Assembly (NCBI GenBank): GCA_964563355.1
Contig: CAZLVU010000003.1
Location: forward strand, 773 to 64,772
Length of the DNA: 64,000 nt
Direction: 5' to 3'
Source of the DNA: an uncultured Candidatus Poseidoniales archaeon
Lineage (GTDB): Archaea > Thermoplasmatota > Poseidoniia > Poseidoniales > Thalassarchaeaceae
The notes beneath the pieces are model-generated. The model was not told where the DNA came from. It saw nothing but the letters and a program-made list of their open reading frames with translations, and made no database searches. Below are positions 45,901-52,489 of this stretch, one piece after another (position 1 is the first letter of the stretch; each line of letters begins with the position of its first letter). Position numbers and translations under genes: made by a program.

Positions 45901-48900
45901 GCTTTTATCAGTCAGTGTGGGACAAGGGCGTACTAGGTCAGGGCCTATTGTTCCCCACGTACTATGACGTTGACAACGACAACGACGGCGTTCCCGACGG
46001 CGAGGACTTCGACGATGACAACAACGGCGTCTCCGACTTGGTTCAGGAGGCAAACTACTGCTTCGTAGGCGAGGAGCAGAGGACTTGGGACCACGACAAC
46101 GACGGAGTGGTGAACTGGGCAGACGACGATTGGGACGGGGACGGCATCCCCAATAGCATCGAGCTAGAGAACCTCCCCCCAGGTCTTGCATTCCCGATTT
46201 CCCCTTGGGACCACGACAACGATGGATTAAGGGACGACATCGACGAAGACGATGATTACGATGGAATGAAGGACGAGGACGAGGTCATGCTTTGGCCCTC
46301 TAGGTTCGGCTTGGAGTCAACCAACCCATGGGACCACGATGACTTCGGAGGAGGCGTTGGGCTGGCAAACCCAAGCAATAACTCGACCGGCCCCGACTAC
46401 TTCGACGTCGACGACGACAACGACGGCAGAATCGATCTGGATTGGAACAACCCCTCGATTGGTGAGTGGCCCAACCCTGGAAACAAGACCGAGGAGTTCG
46501 ACGGAGGGTCCTCCGACTGGGACTCAGACAACGACGGCGTTCTCGACGACGACGACAAGATCCCAACTCGAATCTCCCTGACAACCCAGCCCGTTCTTTG
46601 GCTAGACCAAAACCGACCGGCAATTTTCAATGGATCAGTGTTCTGGCTGGGAGACACTGGATTCGTCCCAGCACCGCAGATTCCAGTCCAGGTTCACATA
46701 GTGTACACTAGGAACGGCACCACAGCACTAGAGACCATTGACGTACTGACTGATGACGTTGGCAGGTACATCGTCGGCCAGTTCCTCTTCCCAGAGGACA
46801 TCAGCGTCGGCCCAAACTCGACCTATCAGGTCTACGCCGAGGTAACCGAGATGTTCGTTCATGACAACAGCAGCACTGAAAGGTTCCCAGTCGAAGTTAG
46901 GGCTAATACCACCGTGGGCTTCGTCTCCGGCCAAAGATTCAGGGCTGACGAGCAACCCCTCAAGATGGATTTCAAGGTTCACTATACAGCAGACTACGAG
47001 AGAGGGATTTTCAATAATAGGCTACCATATGCACCAATTTCCTTCACAATCAGCGGCGGCCAATTCGGAAACATTACCCACCCCACTGTGTATGACGGAT
47101 ACGGCAACGGGTACAGGGCGGACTCAGGTGGCTGGGTCTCCTTGTCGTACAATCAGACTGTGGACAGATGGGAGCAGGTCAGATGGAACACGATGCTAGA
47201 TAACGGCCCGGGAATCCCTTCAGGCGGTTACGAGGAGATAGTCTGGAATCCCTGCAGCCCATCCAATCCTACCGGTTCGCACTCGGTGCTCGGACCCTAT
47301 GCGTACAAGAACACCTCCCTTCCAGTAGGTGACTACAGCTTCATTGGATACTCTAGGCCGGACCTAGGCCAATGCTCAGACGGCTCCTACGAGTGGCCTT
47401 GGGCACATCTAGAGGGATCCAAGACCGACTCATTCTACATCAGGTCCATGCACAGGATGTACGTAGAGGCCGAGATGTACGTGTCTTCCTTCAGACCGGT
47501 CTTCTTCTGGGACGCCACTCAGTTTACAGGCTCCTCCTTCGGTGCTTGGAGGGCCCTTTTCCACGCTCCCTCTCTGGCAAACGCCGGCTTAGATTTCTCG
47601 GAGGCAAGCCTCGGCAAACCATATCCAATTCTCTGGGACGGCACGCCCTCGGGACTGGCTGCAGTGGCTGGAGGAAGTCTTGTCCAATTCCTCTCCTCTA
47701 ACGGTACGCACTGGACAATTTCAATGCAGAATGGAGCAGATTTCAACTCTCCTCCATGCGGACCCGTCGACCCCCTCTTCCCCAATAGCGAGATAAGATG
47801 CGAAATTGTTCCCGAGATGTTCACCGGCGAGACCTTCAGAGTAGTAGGCTCCGTAACAAACCGGACCCTGACTCCTTGGAATCAGGACGCAATCGCCCTC
47901 CAGGTCGACGTCGACAAGAACGGCGTCTTCGCTGGGACCCAGGAGACGGCATACTCAAGGAGACCCACGATGGTAGGAGGAGAAGCCAGATTCGACTACA
48001 ACTGGACTTGGTACTCGCAGTACCCCGCTGGCACTTTCGGCGTCAAGGCCGACTTCACCCTATCTGATTACTACTTCACTGGCGATCAGGATGAGGTACT
48101 GGCTGCGACCGGTGCGTATGCAAACGTGACCGTGATAGGGACCACTGACTTCCAGCTGAACAACGTCCCACGTCTTTATCGTGGCCAGAACACCACAGTG
48201 GAGGCCCGGCTGATAGACAACGCACGCCAGCCAGTCCGAGAGGTCCCCGTCAACTGGTCCTGGTCTGGGGACAGCTCCAACGGGGTTGCCATCACCGATA
48301 ATAACGGAATCTTCAGGGTCAACCTGACTGACATTGACCAACTCGGAAATTTCTCCCTCTCCTTCACATATCTTGGAGACTCCCTAAGACAGGGCAATTC
48401 AGCCGAAATACACCTCTGGGTGGTGTCTAGGACCTATATCGATCTAATCAGCACCAGCCCCAATATTAGGTCAAGTGGAGATATCTGGGAGTTCTCCGCT
48501 ATGGTGACCGACGATGCAGGAACTGCATTCGAGAAGGACCCGGGACAGGTACTATCTGGTTGCGCCGGCCAATTCCAAGATCCCAACGGATATGATCTGG
48601 GAGGCAACGTTACCGTGATTTTCGAAGGAATTGACTTCGAGGACAGGACCCACAGGCAGATCGTTACTACGCTATGCCCCCAAGGTGGCGCTGCAATCCA
48701 CTACTCCAAGATACTAGACCCGCAACTTCTCAGGGACGATCCATTCTCGTTCTTGCCCGACGGATTCGGGCCGGTAAACGTCATTCTTAGGTTCGAGGAG
48801 AATCTCCCCCACGAGGGCTGCGAGCCCCTCAACGTAGACATGCTCACGACTTCCGGAGCTTGGGACCCCTGCGTGATGATCCAGAATAGCGATCACTTCA

Positions 48901-50702
48901 GGAAAGTCCTGCAGTTCCAAGTCGATGGGTTCAGCTTAATCGGTAGAACCACCCTGAAGGTTGATGACCAGATAGTCTACACTTCAGAGATCGACCCGCT
49001 CACTGGCATACCGATTGAGAAGCCCATGATCGTGACCGGGCAGTTGGTGGACGAGTTGGGCGGGAATCTATCGGACAGGGCCATTCGAGTTACCTATGAA
49101 ATGGACACCGGGGACAAGGGAGTCACCTCCTGCATCCCAGGCACCTCCGACGAGAACGGCTTCTTCGAGATAGTGTGCCCCCTCTCAGGAGTGGACGCTG
49201 GGCAAGCAAAGGTCAGGATCGATTTCAACTCGTTTGAGAACAATGACCGGTATCGCTATCACAATGCCAGCGTTACCAAGTTCTTCCCCGTCTTCTCCAA
49301 CTCGTCTTTGGACATCACTGAGGTCGGCCCGTTCAGATCGGACTACCTAACATACACCTTCCCAAACGGCTCCAGCTTCGAAATCCTGTACCTAAAGGAG
49401 GCATTCCACATCAATGCCAAGCTAACCCAGACCAATGGGAAGCCAATTGGGGGAAAGTGCCTGAACATCTACCTCGATCCAAAGCAAAACACCCGCCCAG
49501 TTGCCACCGCAATCACGACCGACGGAACAGGCCAGTTCGAATGGTACTCGGCAGACCCTGATGACAACCCGAGCCGAAGGGGCGTTGAGCCCAGTGGGAA
49601 CAAGCTCGAGGGCTTCAGGACAATCAGAGTCGCCTATGAGCCTGACAAGGAGATTCCCGGTGGGTGCAGGGCGGAGGAAAACCCAGTTCTGAACAGCTCG
49701 TACATGGATGTCGAGGTACTCGTGAGGAGCAAGGTCGACATCCTTCTCAAGGAACACTGGTCCAGTCCAACTGGGTACTTGGAGGGCGACGTTATTGCCG
49801 GCGAGGTTGCCATACTGAGGGACAGGCTCGATCTCACCGTTGAGGGTCAGAGGGTTGAATTCGTCAGGCAGTTCTGGAACGGAACCGATTGGGAGACATT
49901 CCAACTCGACATTGTAACCACCAACGAACGCGGAGCGGCAAACTTCTCCTTCATTTACACGGCAGAAGAGATTCCCGGCGAAACGGATGTGGTTGCAGTA
50001 GACGGCAGGTGGCGTGTTCTAGTCCACTTCCAGTCCGCAGACGACAACCGACCGTTCTTCGTCGAGGAGTTCCTCAACAGCACTCCGATTATTTTCCTGG
50101 GTGAGCCCGTAGTTGACGCTAGGGCGCAATTCTTCACACAACAGGTTGTTGTGGTTTCAGGAATCGCAGCGTCCGCTATGCTCCTAGTTGGCATGGTAAT
50201 GTACCAAAACTATCGTGAACGTCGAAAGATCGAGGTGCTGCGAGGGATCCTCACGGACTCCCTGATGTCGTTAAAGGCATCCAATGACCACATCCAAGCG
50301 ATATTTGACTGCTACAAGGACCTAATCAGGTACTTCAGGTCCAGGGGTGCCATGAAGAAGGTCTTTGAGACTACCAGGGAATTCGAGGAAGTAATCAACA
50401 AAATGCTCGGTGGGGTCATACCACCGGAGGAGCTGGACCAATTCTTCTCAATCTTCGAGGAGGCAAGATACTCGGACCACGATATCGGCTCTGACCAGAG
50501 GGAGAGGGCCATCCAGGTGCTTTCTTCGATGGTTTCCCGTATGAACAGTTCCTTGGGCGATTCAATGCTCACTAGGACATCGTCCAACGAGTCCACCCTA
50601 TATGCCCCATCGATCAAGGCAGGGCAGTTTGTGGATGCAGATGGTAACATCAGGTACGCCGGCGTCGACGACTCAGCAGAGGACGACGGCTTCAGAATCT
50701 GA
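42942..50702 (+). CDS. giant (~2586 aa) surface protein: N-terminal TM/signal anchor, about 30 Asp-rich calcium-loop (thrombospondin type 3-like) repeats, beta-sandwich repeats, C-terminal TM, cytoplasmic DUF4129-like tail
   Basis: Anchor ILPAISMILLMILSTQLLILM. Repeats of the DHDNDGINDLDDLDDDNDGINDL type. CarboxypepD_reg-like segments (for example TDDVGRYIV, TDNNGIFRV, SDENGFFEI, TDGTGQFEW). TM VVVVSGIAASAMLLVGMVMY. Tail TTREFEEVINKML...FSIFEEARYSDHDIG. ATG 42942 preferred over TTG 42882. Confidence 0.8.
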   Translation: MIQSRFGDVNRGILPAISMILLMILSTQLLILMGDDREANEESESTNVPKRTAFQQLHQFSGPVQGENQNQPAASAAFQEAAFQDPFFHDPASYYGKVSDLSALGLDPRYGFFLEETNTEDHDNDGINDLDDLDDDNDGINDLIERFDGCYGTSPLDHDNDGILDEFDWDDDNDGILEGPIDYNQGSDPWNVSSDRHVDPNAIHPWTGDPVGTNYLVDQNPMDHDNDGVPDEDIDGSGRGSYDEDDDNDGRIDQFYWPCDFDSDGYQDYFDEDDDNDGMPDIQDSHPWRFDETPIDIETVPGMLWDRAVILNGDDYMDFVEGLDYIHLESLLHPREQSFTVMEDGDLDGDGIPNFLDPDNDNDGSPDSSDTDDDNDGLLDMYDVDDDNDGIPDECIQRDTNGDNLGDYPSSVVHIPEAPVVCEIDYDGDLDDDRFRSIDQDYDLVWDWLDPDMGGTAIPDNPTSWALVGFDEPWDIDNDGTVNELDSYPLNDTAEVVTWDCPSVLNPNPQNPSDNCVLWRTSYTGFNDWDGDGINNWVDVDDDNDGILDWMDIDPDCDLDNDADLHELNGSMYRDDGPNDIDTDVDGDGLQNDEDWDDDNDGINDYYDPDDGNCGLVDIDSTDQFYANQAGVPWPQNDGDAIDGSDDSNAYSAVDHYYWNMTWGFNPFISDNNFMLDYNGYDQNTLLSGKIPEFYWFLMMKWSPYNGINFFDIDSDGDSLVNGIDVDQDGDGMPDWWDQDEGNDGVLDVNDVKMGGSLDGNSCGTVLLDANQERFCGLDYAFLFGYPLMAPTQSQGQTFTLPYSTRPDSEHDDGSYDGSNHPQDLYQCETHCFWFTFDPGSNPAPSVAVNYNAIKNNRDLWIAYVGLSRGLFQWTSDPNANLFPDEVADQINDDEDPDIDCGQPMPSVSWTPNCMFNNTNDLDDDWDIVYDHYDVDDDNDGTWDYFEVDSNDDLDDDAGTDDWGYFLGTNCEDLDDDGLDTDPDGDGFYQSVWDKGVLGQGLLFPTYYDVDNDNDGVPDGEDFDDDNNGVSDLVQEANYCFVGEEQRTWDHDNDGVVNWADDDWDGDGIPNSIELENLPPGLAFPISPWDHDNDGLRDDIDEDDDYDGMKDEDEVMLWPSRFGLESTNPWDHDDFGGGVGLANPSNNSTGPDYFDVDDDNDGRIDLDWNNPSIGEWPNPGNKTEEFDGGSSDWDSDNDGVLDDDDKIPTRISLTTQPVLWLDQNRPAIFNGSVFWLGDTGFVPAPQIPVQVHIVYTRNGTTALETIDVLTDDVGRYIVGQFLFPEDISVGPNSTYQVYAEVTEMFVHDNSSTERFPVEVRANTTVGFVSGQRFRADEQPLKMDFKVHYTADYERGIFNNRLPYAPISFTISGGQFGNITHPTVYDGYGNGYRADSGGWVSLSYNQTVDRWEQVRWNTMLDNGPGIPSGGYEEIVWNPCSPSNPTGSHSVLGPYAYKNTSLPVGDYSFIGYSRPDLGQCSDGSYEWPWAHLEGSKTDSFYIRSMHRMYVEAEMYVSSFRPVFFWDATQFTGSSFGAWRALFHAPSLANAGLDFSEASLGKPYPILWDGTPSGLAAVAGGSLVQFLSSNGTHWTISMQNGADFNSPPCGPVDPLFPNSEIRCEIVPEMFTGETFRVVGSVTNRTLTPWNQDAIALQVDVDKNGVFAGTQETAYSRRPTMVGGEARFDYNWTWYSQYPAGTFGVKADFTLSDYYFTGDQDEVLAATGAYANVTVIGTTDFQLNNVPRLYRGQNTTVEARLIDNARQPVREVPVNWSWSGDSSNGVAITDNNGIFRVNLTDIDQLGNFSLSFTYLGDSLRQGNSAEIHLWVVSRTYIDLISTSPNIRSSGDIWEFSAMVTDDAGTAFEKDPGQVLSGCAGQFQDPNGYDLGGNVTVIFEGIDFEDRTHRQIVTTLCPQGGAAIHYSKILDPQLLRDDPFSFLPDGFGPVNVILRFEENLPHEGCEPLNVDMLTTSGAWDPCVMIQNSDHFRKVLQFQVDGFSLIGRTTLKVDDQIVYTSEIDPLTGIPIEKPMIVTGQLVDELGGNLSDRAIRVTYEMDTGDKGVTSCIPGTSDENGFFEIVCPLSGVDAGQAKVRIDFNSFENNDRYRYHNASVTKFFPVFSNSSLDITEVGPFRSDYLTYTFPNGSSFEILYLKEAFHINAKLTQTNGKPIGGKCLNIYLDPKQNTRPVATAITTDGTGQFEWYSADPDDNPSRRGVEPSGNKLEGFRTIRVAYEPDKEIPGGCRAEENPVLNSSYMDVEVLVRSKVDILLKEHWSSPTGYLEGDVIAGEVAILRDRLDLTVEGQRVEFVRQFWNGTDWETFQLDIVTTNERGAANFSFIYTAEEIPGETDVVAVDGRWRVLVHFQSADDNRPFFVEEFLNSTPIIFLGEPVVDARAQFFTQQVVVVSGIAASAMLLVGMVMYQNYRERRKIEVLRGILTDSLMSLKASNDHIQAIFDCYKDLIRYFRSRGAMKKVFETTREFEEVINKMLGGVIPPEELDQFFSIFEEARYSDHDIGSDQRERAIQVLSSMVSRMNSSLGDSMLTRTSSNESTLYAPSIKAGQFVDADGNIRYAGVDDSAEDDGFRI
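43300..46560 (+). repeat. in-frame array of degenerate GAY-GAY-GAY-AAY-GAY-GGN (D-[DH]-D-N-D-G) repeat units inside the giant gene
   Basis: gacgacgacaacgacgg, gaccacgacaacgacgg and close variants recur at irregular spacing. By eye I count about 30 DxDxDG loops in the translated protein. Confidence 0.85.
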
Positions 50703-50811
50703 CAGTGACGTCAAACCAGCACTCGGGCAGCCCGACTCGCCCCTCTGGGGCGTCCCGCAGGATTCATAACAGCGACTTGGGTGGCCGCGCTACCCGGTAG
50801 GGGGAATAGCA

Positions 50812-51177
50812 ATGGGTAAAGCTAGCATGAAGACCAATAGCGCCCTCGTGTCCCTTATTGATGACCTGAAGGAACAGAGCAGGAGCACCGGTTCAGCGCT
50901 TTGGCGTGACATTGCTGGCAGGCTGGAGAGCAGCAGCAAAAACTGGGCGGAGCCGAACCTAAGCCACATTTCTAGACACTCTTCGGACAAGGAGACAGTG
51001 TTGGTCCCGGGCAAGGTATTGGGCAGCGGGCAAATCGACGGCTCCCAGACAATCGCCGCTTACAGCTTCAGCCAAGGAGCTAGGGACAAGATCGAGGCGT
51101 CCGGAGGAAGGTCGCTTAGCATCCGGGAATTGATGGATGAGAACCCAAACGGGAAGGGGGTGCGGGTTCTTGTCTGA
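50812..51177 (+). CDS. rpl18e: 50S ribosomal protein L18e (eL18)
   Basis: MGKASMKTNSALVSLIDDLKEQSR...WRDIAGRL...VLVPGKVLGSG...AYSFSQGARDKIEASGG is the typical L18e length and pattern. It heads the conserved L18e-L13-S9-RpoN block. Confidence 0.85.
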   Translation: MGKASMKTNSALVSLIDDLKEQSRSTGSALWRDIAGRLESSSKNWAEPNLSHISRHSSDKETVLVPGKVLGSGQIDGSQTIAAYSFSQGARDKIEASGGRSLSIRELMDENPNGKGVRVLV

Positions 51178-51652
51178 AAACACCACAGTCTACGACGCCA
51201 CTGACAAGATTCTCGGTAGGCTAGCGAGCCTTGTAGCCAAGGAGATGATCTCGGCCCGAAAGTCAGGGAGTCAGCAACGGGTCATCATTGTGAACGCAGA
51301 GGGGGCAGTCGTATCCGGCCCCAGATCAAAGGTCCTTGGTGACTACAGGGCGAAGTACAAGCTCAACCATGCAAGGAAGGGCCCCTTCTACCCGAGGATG
51401 CCGGACAAGATCATCAAGCGAACGGTCAGGGGCATGCTCCCATATCAGAAGAACAGCAGCGGCAGAGGTGCACTGAGGGATCTCCGTGTGATGATAGGAA
51501 CCCCTGCTAACCTCTCAGGAGACGCACTACCCGAAGACCACGAGTGGGGCGACACATCCCAAATCGAACGAGACCTGCCAAACAAGTTCGTTCGCTTGGG
51601 TGAAATCAGCTCTCATCTGGGAGTCGACTCTACCAGATGGGGGGGTGAGTGA
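51170..51652 (+). CDS. rpl13: 50S ribosomal protein L13 (uL13)
   Basis: VYDATDKILGRLASLVAKEM...RVIIVNAEGAVVSG...YPRMPDKIIKRTVRGMLPY. Start is TTG 51170, overlapping the L18e stop, or ATG 51137. Confidence 0.85.
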   Translation: MSENTTVYDATDKILGRLASLVAKEMISARKSGSQQRVIIVNAEGAVVSGPRSKVLGDYRAKYKLNHARKGPFYPRMPDKIIKRTVRGMLPYQKNSSGRGALRDLRVMIGTPANLSGDALPEDHEWGDTSQIERDLPNKFVRLGEISSHLGVDSTRWGGE

Positions 51653-51654
51653 CC

Positions 51655-52092
51655 ATGGCCAAGAAGAAGGGACCAAAGGTCGTCAACACTAGCGGCAAGC
51701 GCAAGACCGCGGTTGCGCGTGCCACGCTCAAACCAGGTAAGGGACGAGTTAGGGTCAACGGCAAGCCAATTTACATCATGGAGCCCGAGCTGGCTCGAAG
51801 GAAGGCCCTTGAGCCCCTCATGATCGCTGAGGACATGAACAGGCTAGCGAGAGTCGACATTTCAGTTGATGTGAAGGGCGGCGGTCAGATGGGCCAGGTG
51901 GACGCAATCAGGACAGCTATCGCCCGTGGGTTAGTCAAGTACAACGACGGTGCCGAGGGAGAAGACGAGGAACTCCGGGACGAATTCACGCGTTTCGAGA
52001 AGAAGATGCTTGTAAGCGACCCCAGGAGAAAGGAACCCAAGCATCAAATGGGCCGCGGCGCTCGAAAGAAGTGGCAGAAGTCGTATAGGTAG
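51655..52092 (+). CDS. rps9: 30S ribosomal protein S9 (uS9)
   Basis: SGKRKTAVARATLKPGKGRVRVNG, GGGQMGQVDAIRTAIARGL and the C-terminal RRKEPKHQMGRGARKKWQKSYR. Confidence 0.92.
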   Translation: MAKKKGPKVVNTSGKRKTAVARATLKPGKGRVRVNGKPIYIMEPELARRKALEPLMIAEDMNRLARVDISVDVKGGGQMGQVDAIRTAIARGLVKYNDGAEGEDEELRDEFTRFEKKMLVSDPRRKEPKHQMGRGARKKWQKSYR

Positions 52093-52099
52093 TGTTTTC

Positions 52100-52306
52100 A
52101 TGTTAATTCCCGTAAGATGTTGGAGCTGTGGCAAGGTGATTGCTCACAAGTACCAGCAGTACAAGGAGGCAATCGAAGCCGGGGAGGAACCAGCCGCGGT
52201 TCTCGATGATCTCGGGTTCAGACGCTACTGCTGCCGCAGGATGTTCATCGGTCACATTGATCTCATTGACGAGGTAGCTCCCTTCAGTATCGCACGTCAG
52301 AGTTGA
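52100..52306 (+). CDS. rpoN: RNA polymerase subunit N (Rpo10)
   Basis: MLIPVRCWSCGKVIAHKYQQY...LGFRRYCCRRMFIGHIDLID. Confidence 0.92.
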   Translation: MLIPVRCWSCGKVIAHKYQQYKEAIEAGEEPAAVLDDLGFRRYCCRRMFIGHIDLIDEVAPFSIARQS

Positions 52307-52353
52307 CCCTCCGTCAGGGCTTTGACCCCGTGCCCACTCCGAGGAGGGCCCAA

Positions 52354-52431
52354 GGGCCTGTAGGTTAGTTTGGCCTATACTTCGCGGCTGGGGGTCGCGC
52401 GACCCAGGTTCAAATCCTGGCAGGCCCACCA
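52354..52431 (+). tRNA. tRNA-Pro (anticodon GGG), CCA encoded
   Basis: GGGCCTG-TA-GGTT..TACT-T-CGCGG-CTGGGGG-TCGCG-CGAC-CCAGG-TTCAAAT-CCTGG-CAGGCCC-A-CCA. The D stem has G10:U25 and a U13/U22 mismatch, as do the other tRNAs in this window. Confidence 0.85.
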
Positions 52432-52489
52432 TGGCCATTTAAGCAGCTGAATAGGTCAGTTTGAAGGCTGCTGCCCCCTTAGAGTCACC

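Noticed and set aside
43300-46560. A dense array of short DNA repeats that could superficially suggest a CRISPR-like or satellite array.
   Set aside because: The repeats are irregularly spaced and degenerate at third codon positions. They lie in one continuous 7.8-kb reading frame encoding DxDxDG loops. There is no repeat-spacer periodicity and there are no cas genes.
43516-46657. Several long minus-strand and off-frame ORFs (for example 43516..43944, 43957..44409, 45688..46191, 46300..46623) encoding R/S/C/P-rich proteins.
   Set aside because: They are antisense or frame-shifted readings of the GAC/GAT-rich repeat region. Their extreme low-complexity composition and complete overlap with a strongly supported gene mark them as artefacts.
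50703-50811. A small RNA or tRNA in the 109-nt GC-rich spacer upstream of rpl18e.
   Set aside because: No T-loop (GTTCRAAT) or acceptor pairing occurs on either strand. There is only a 6-bp hairpin and an AGGGGG Shine-Dalgarno-like element, so it is most simply a terminator/leader region.
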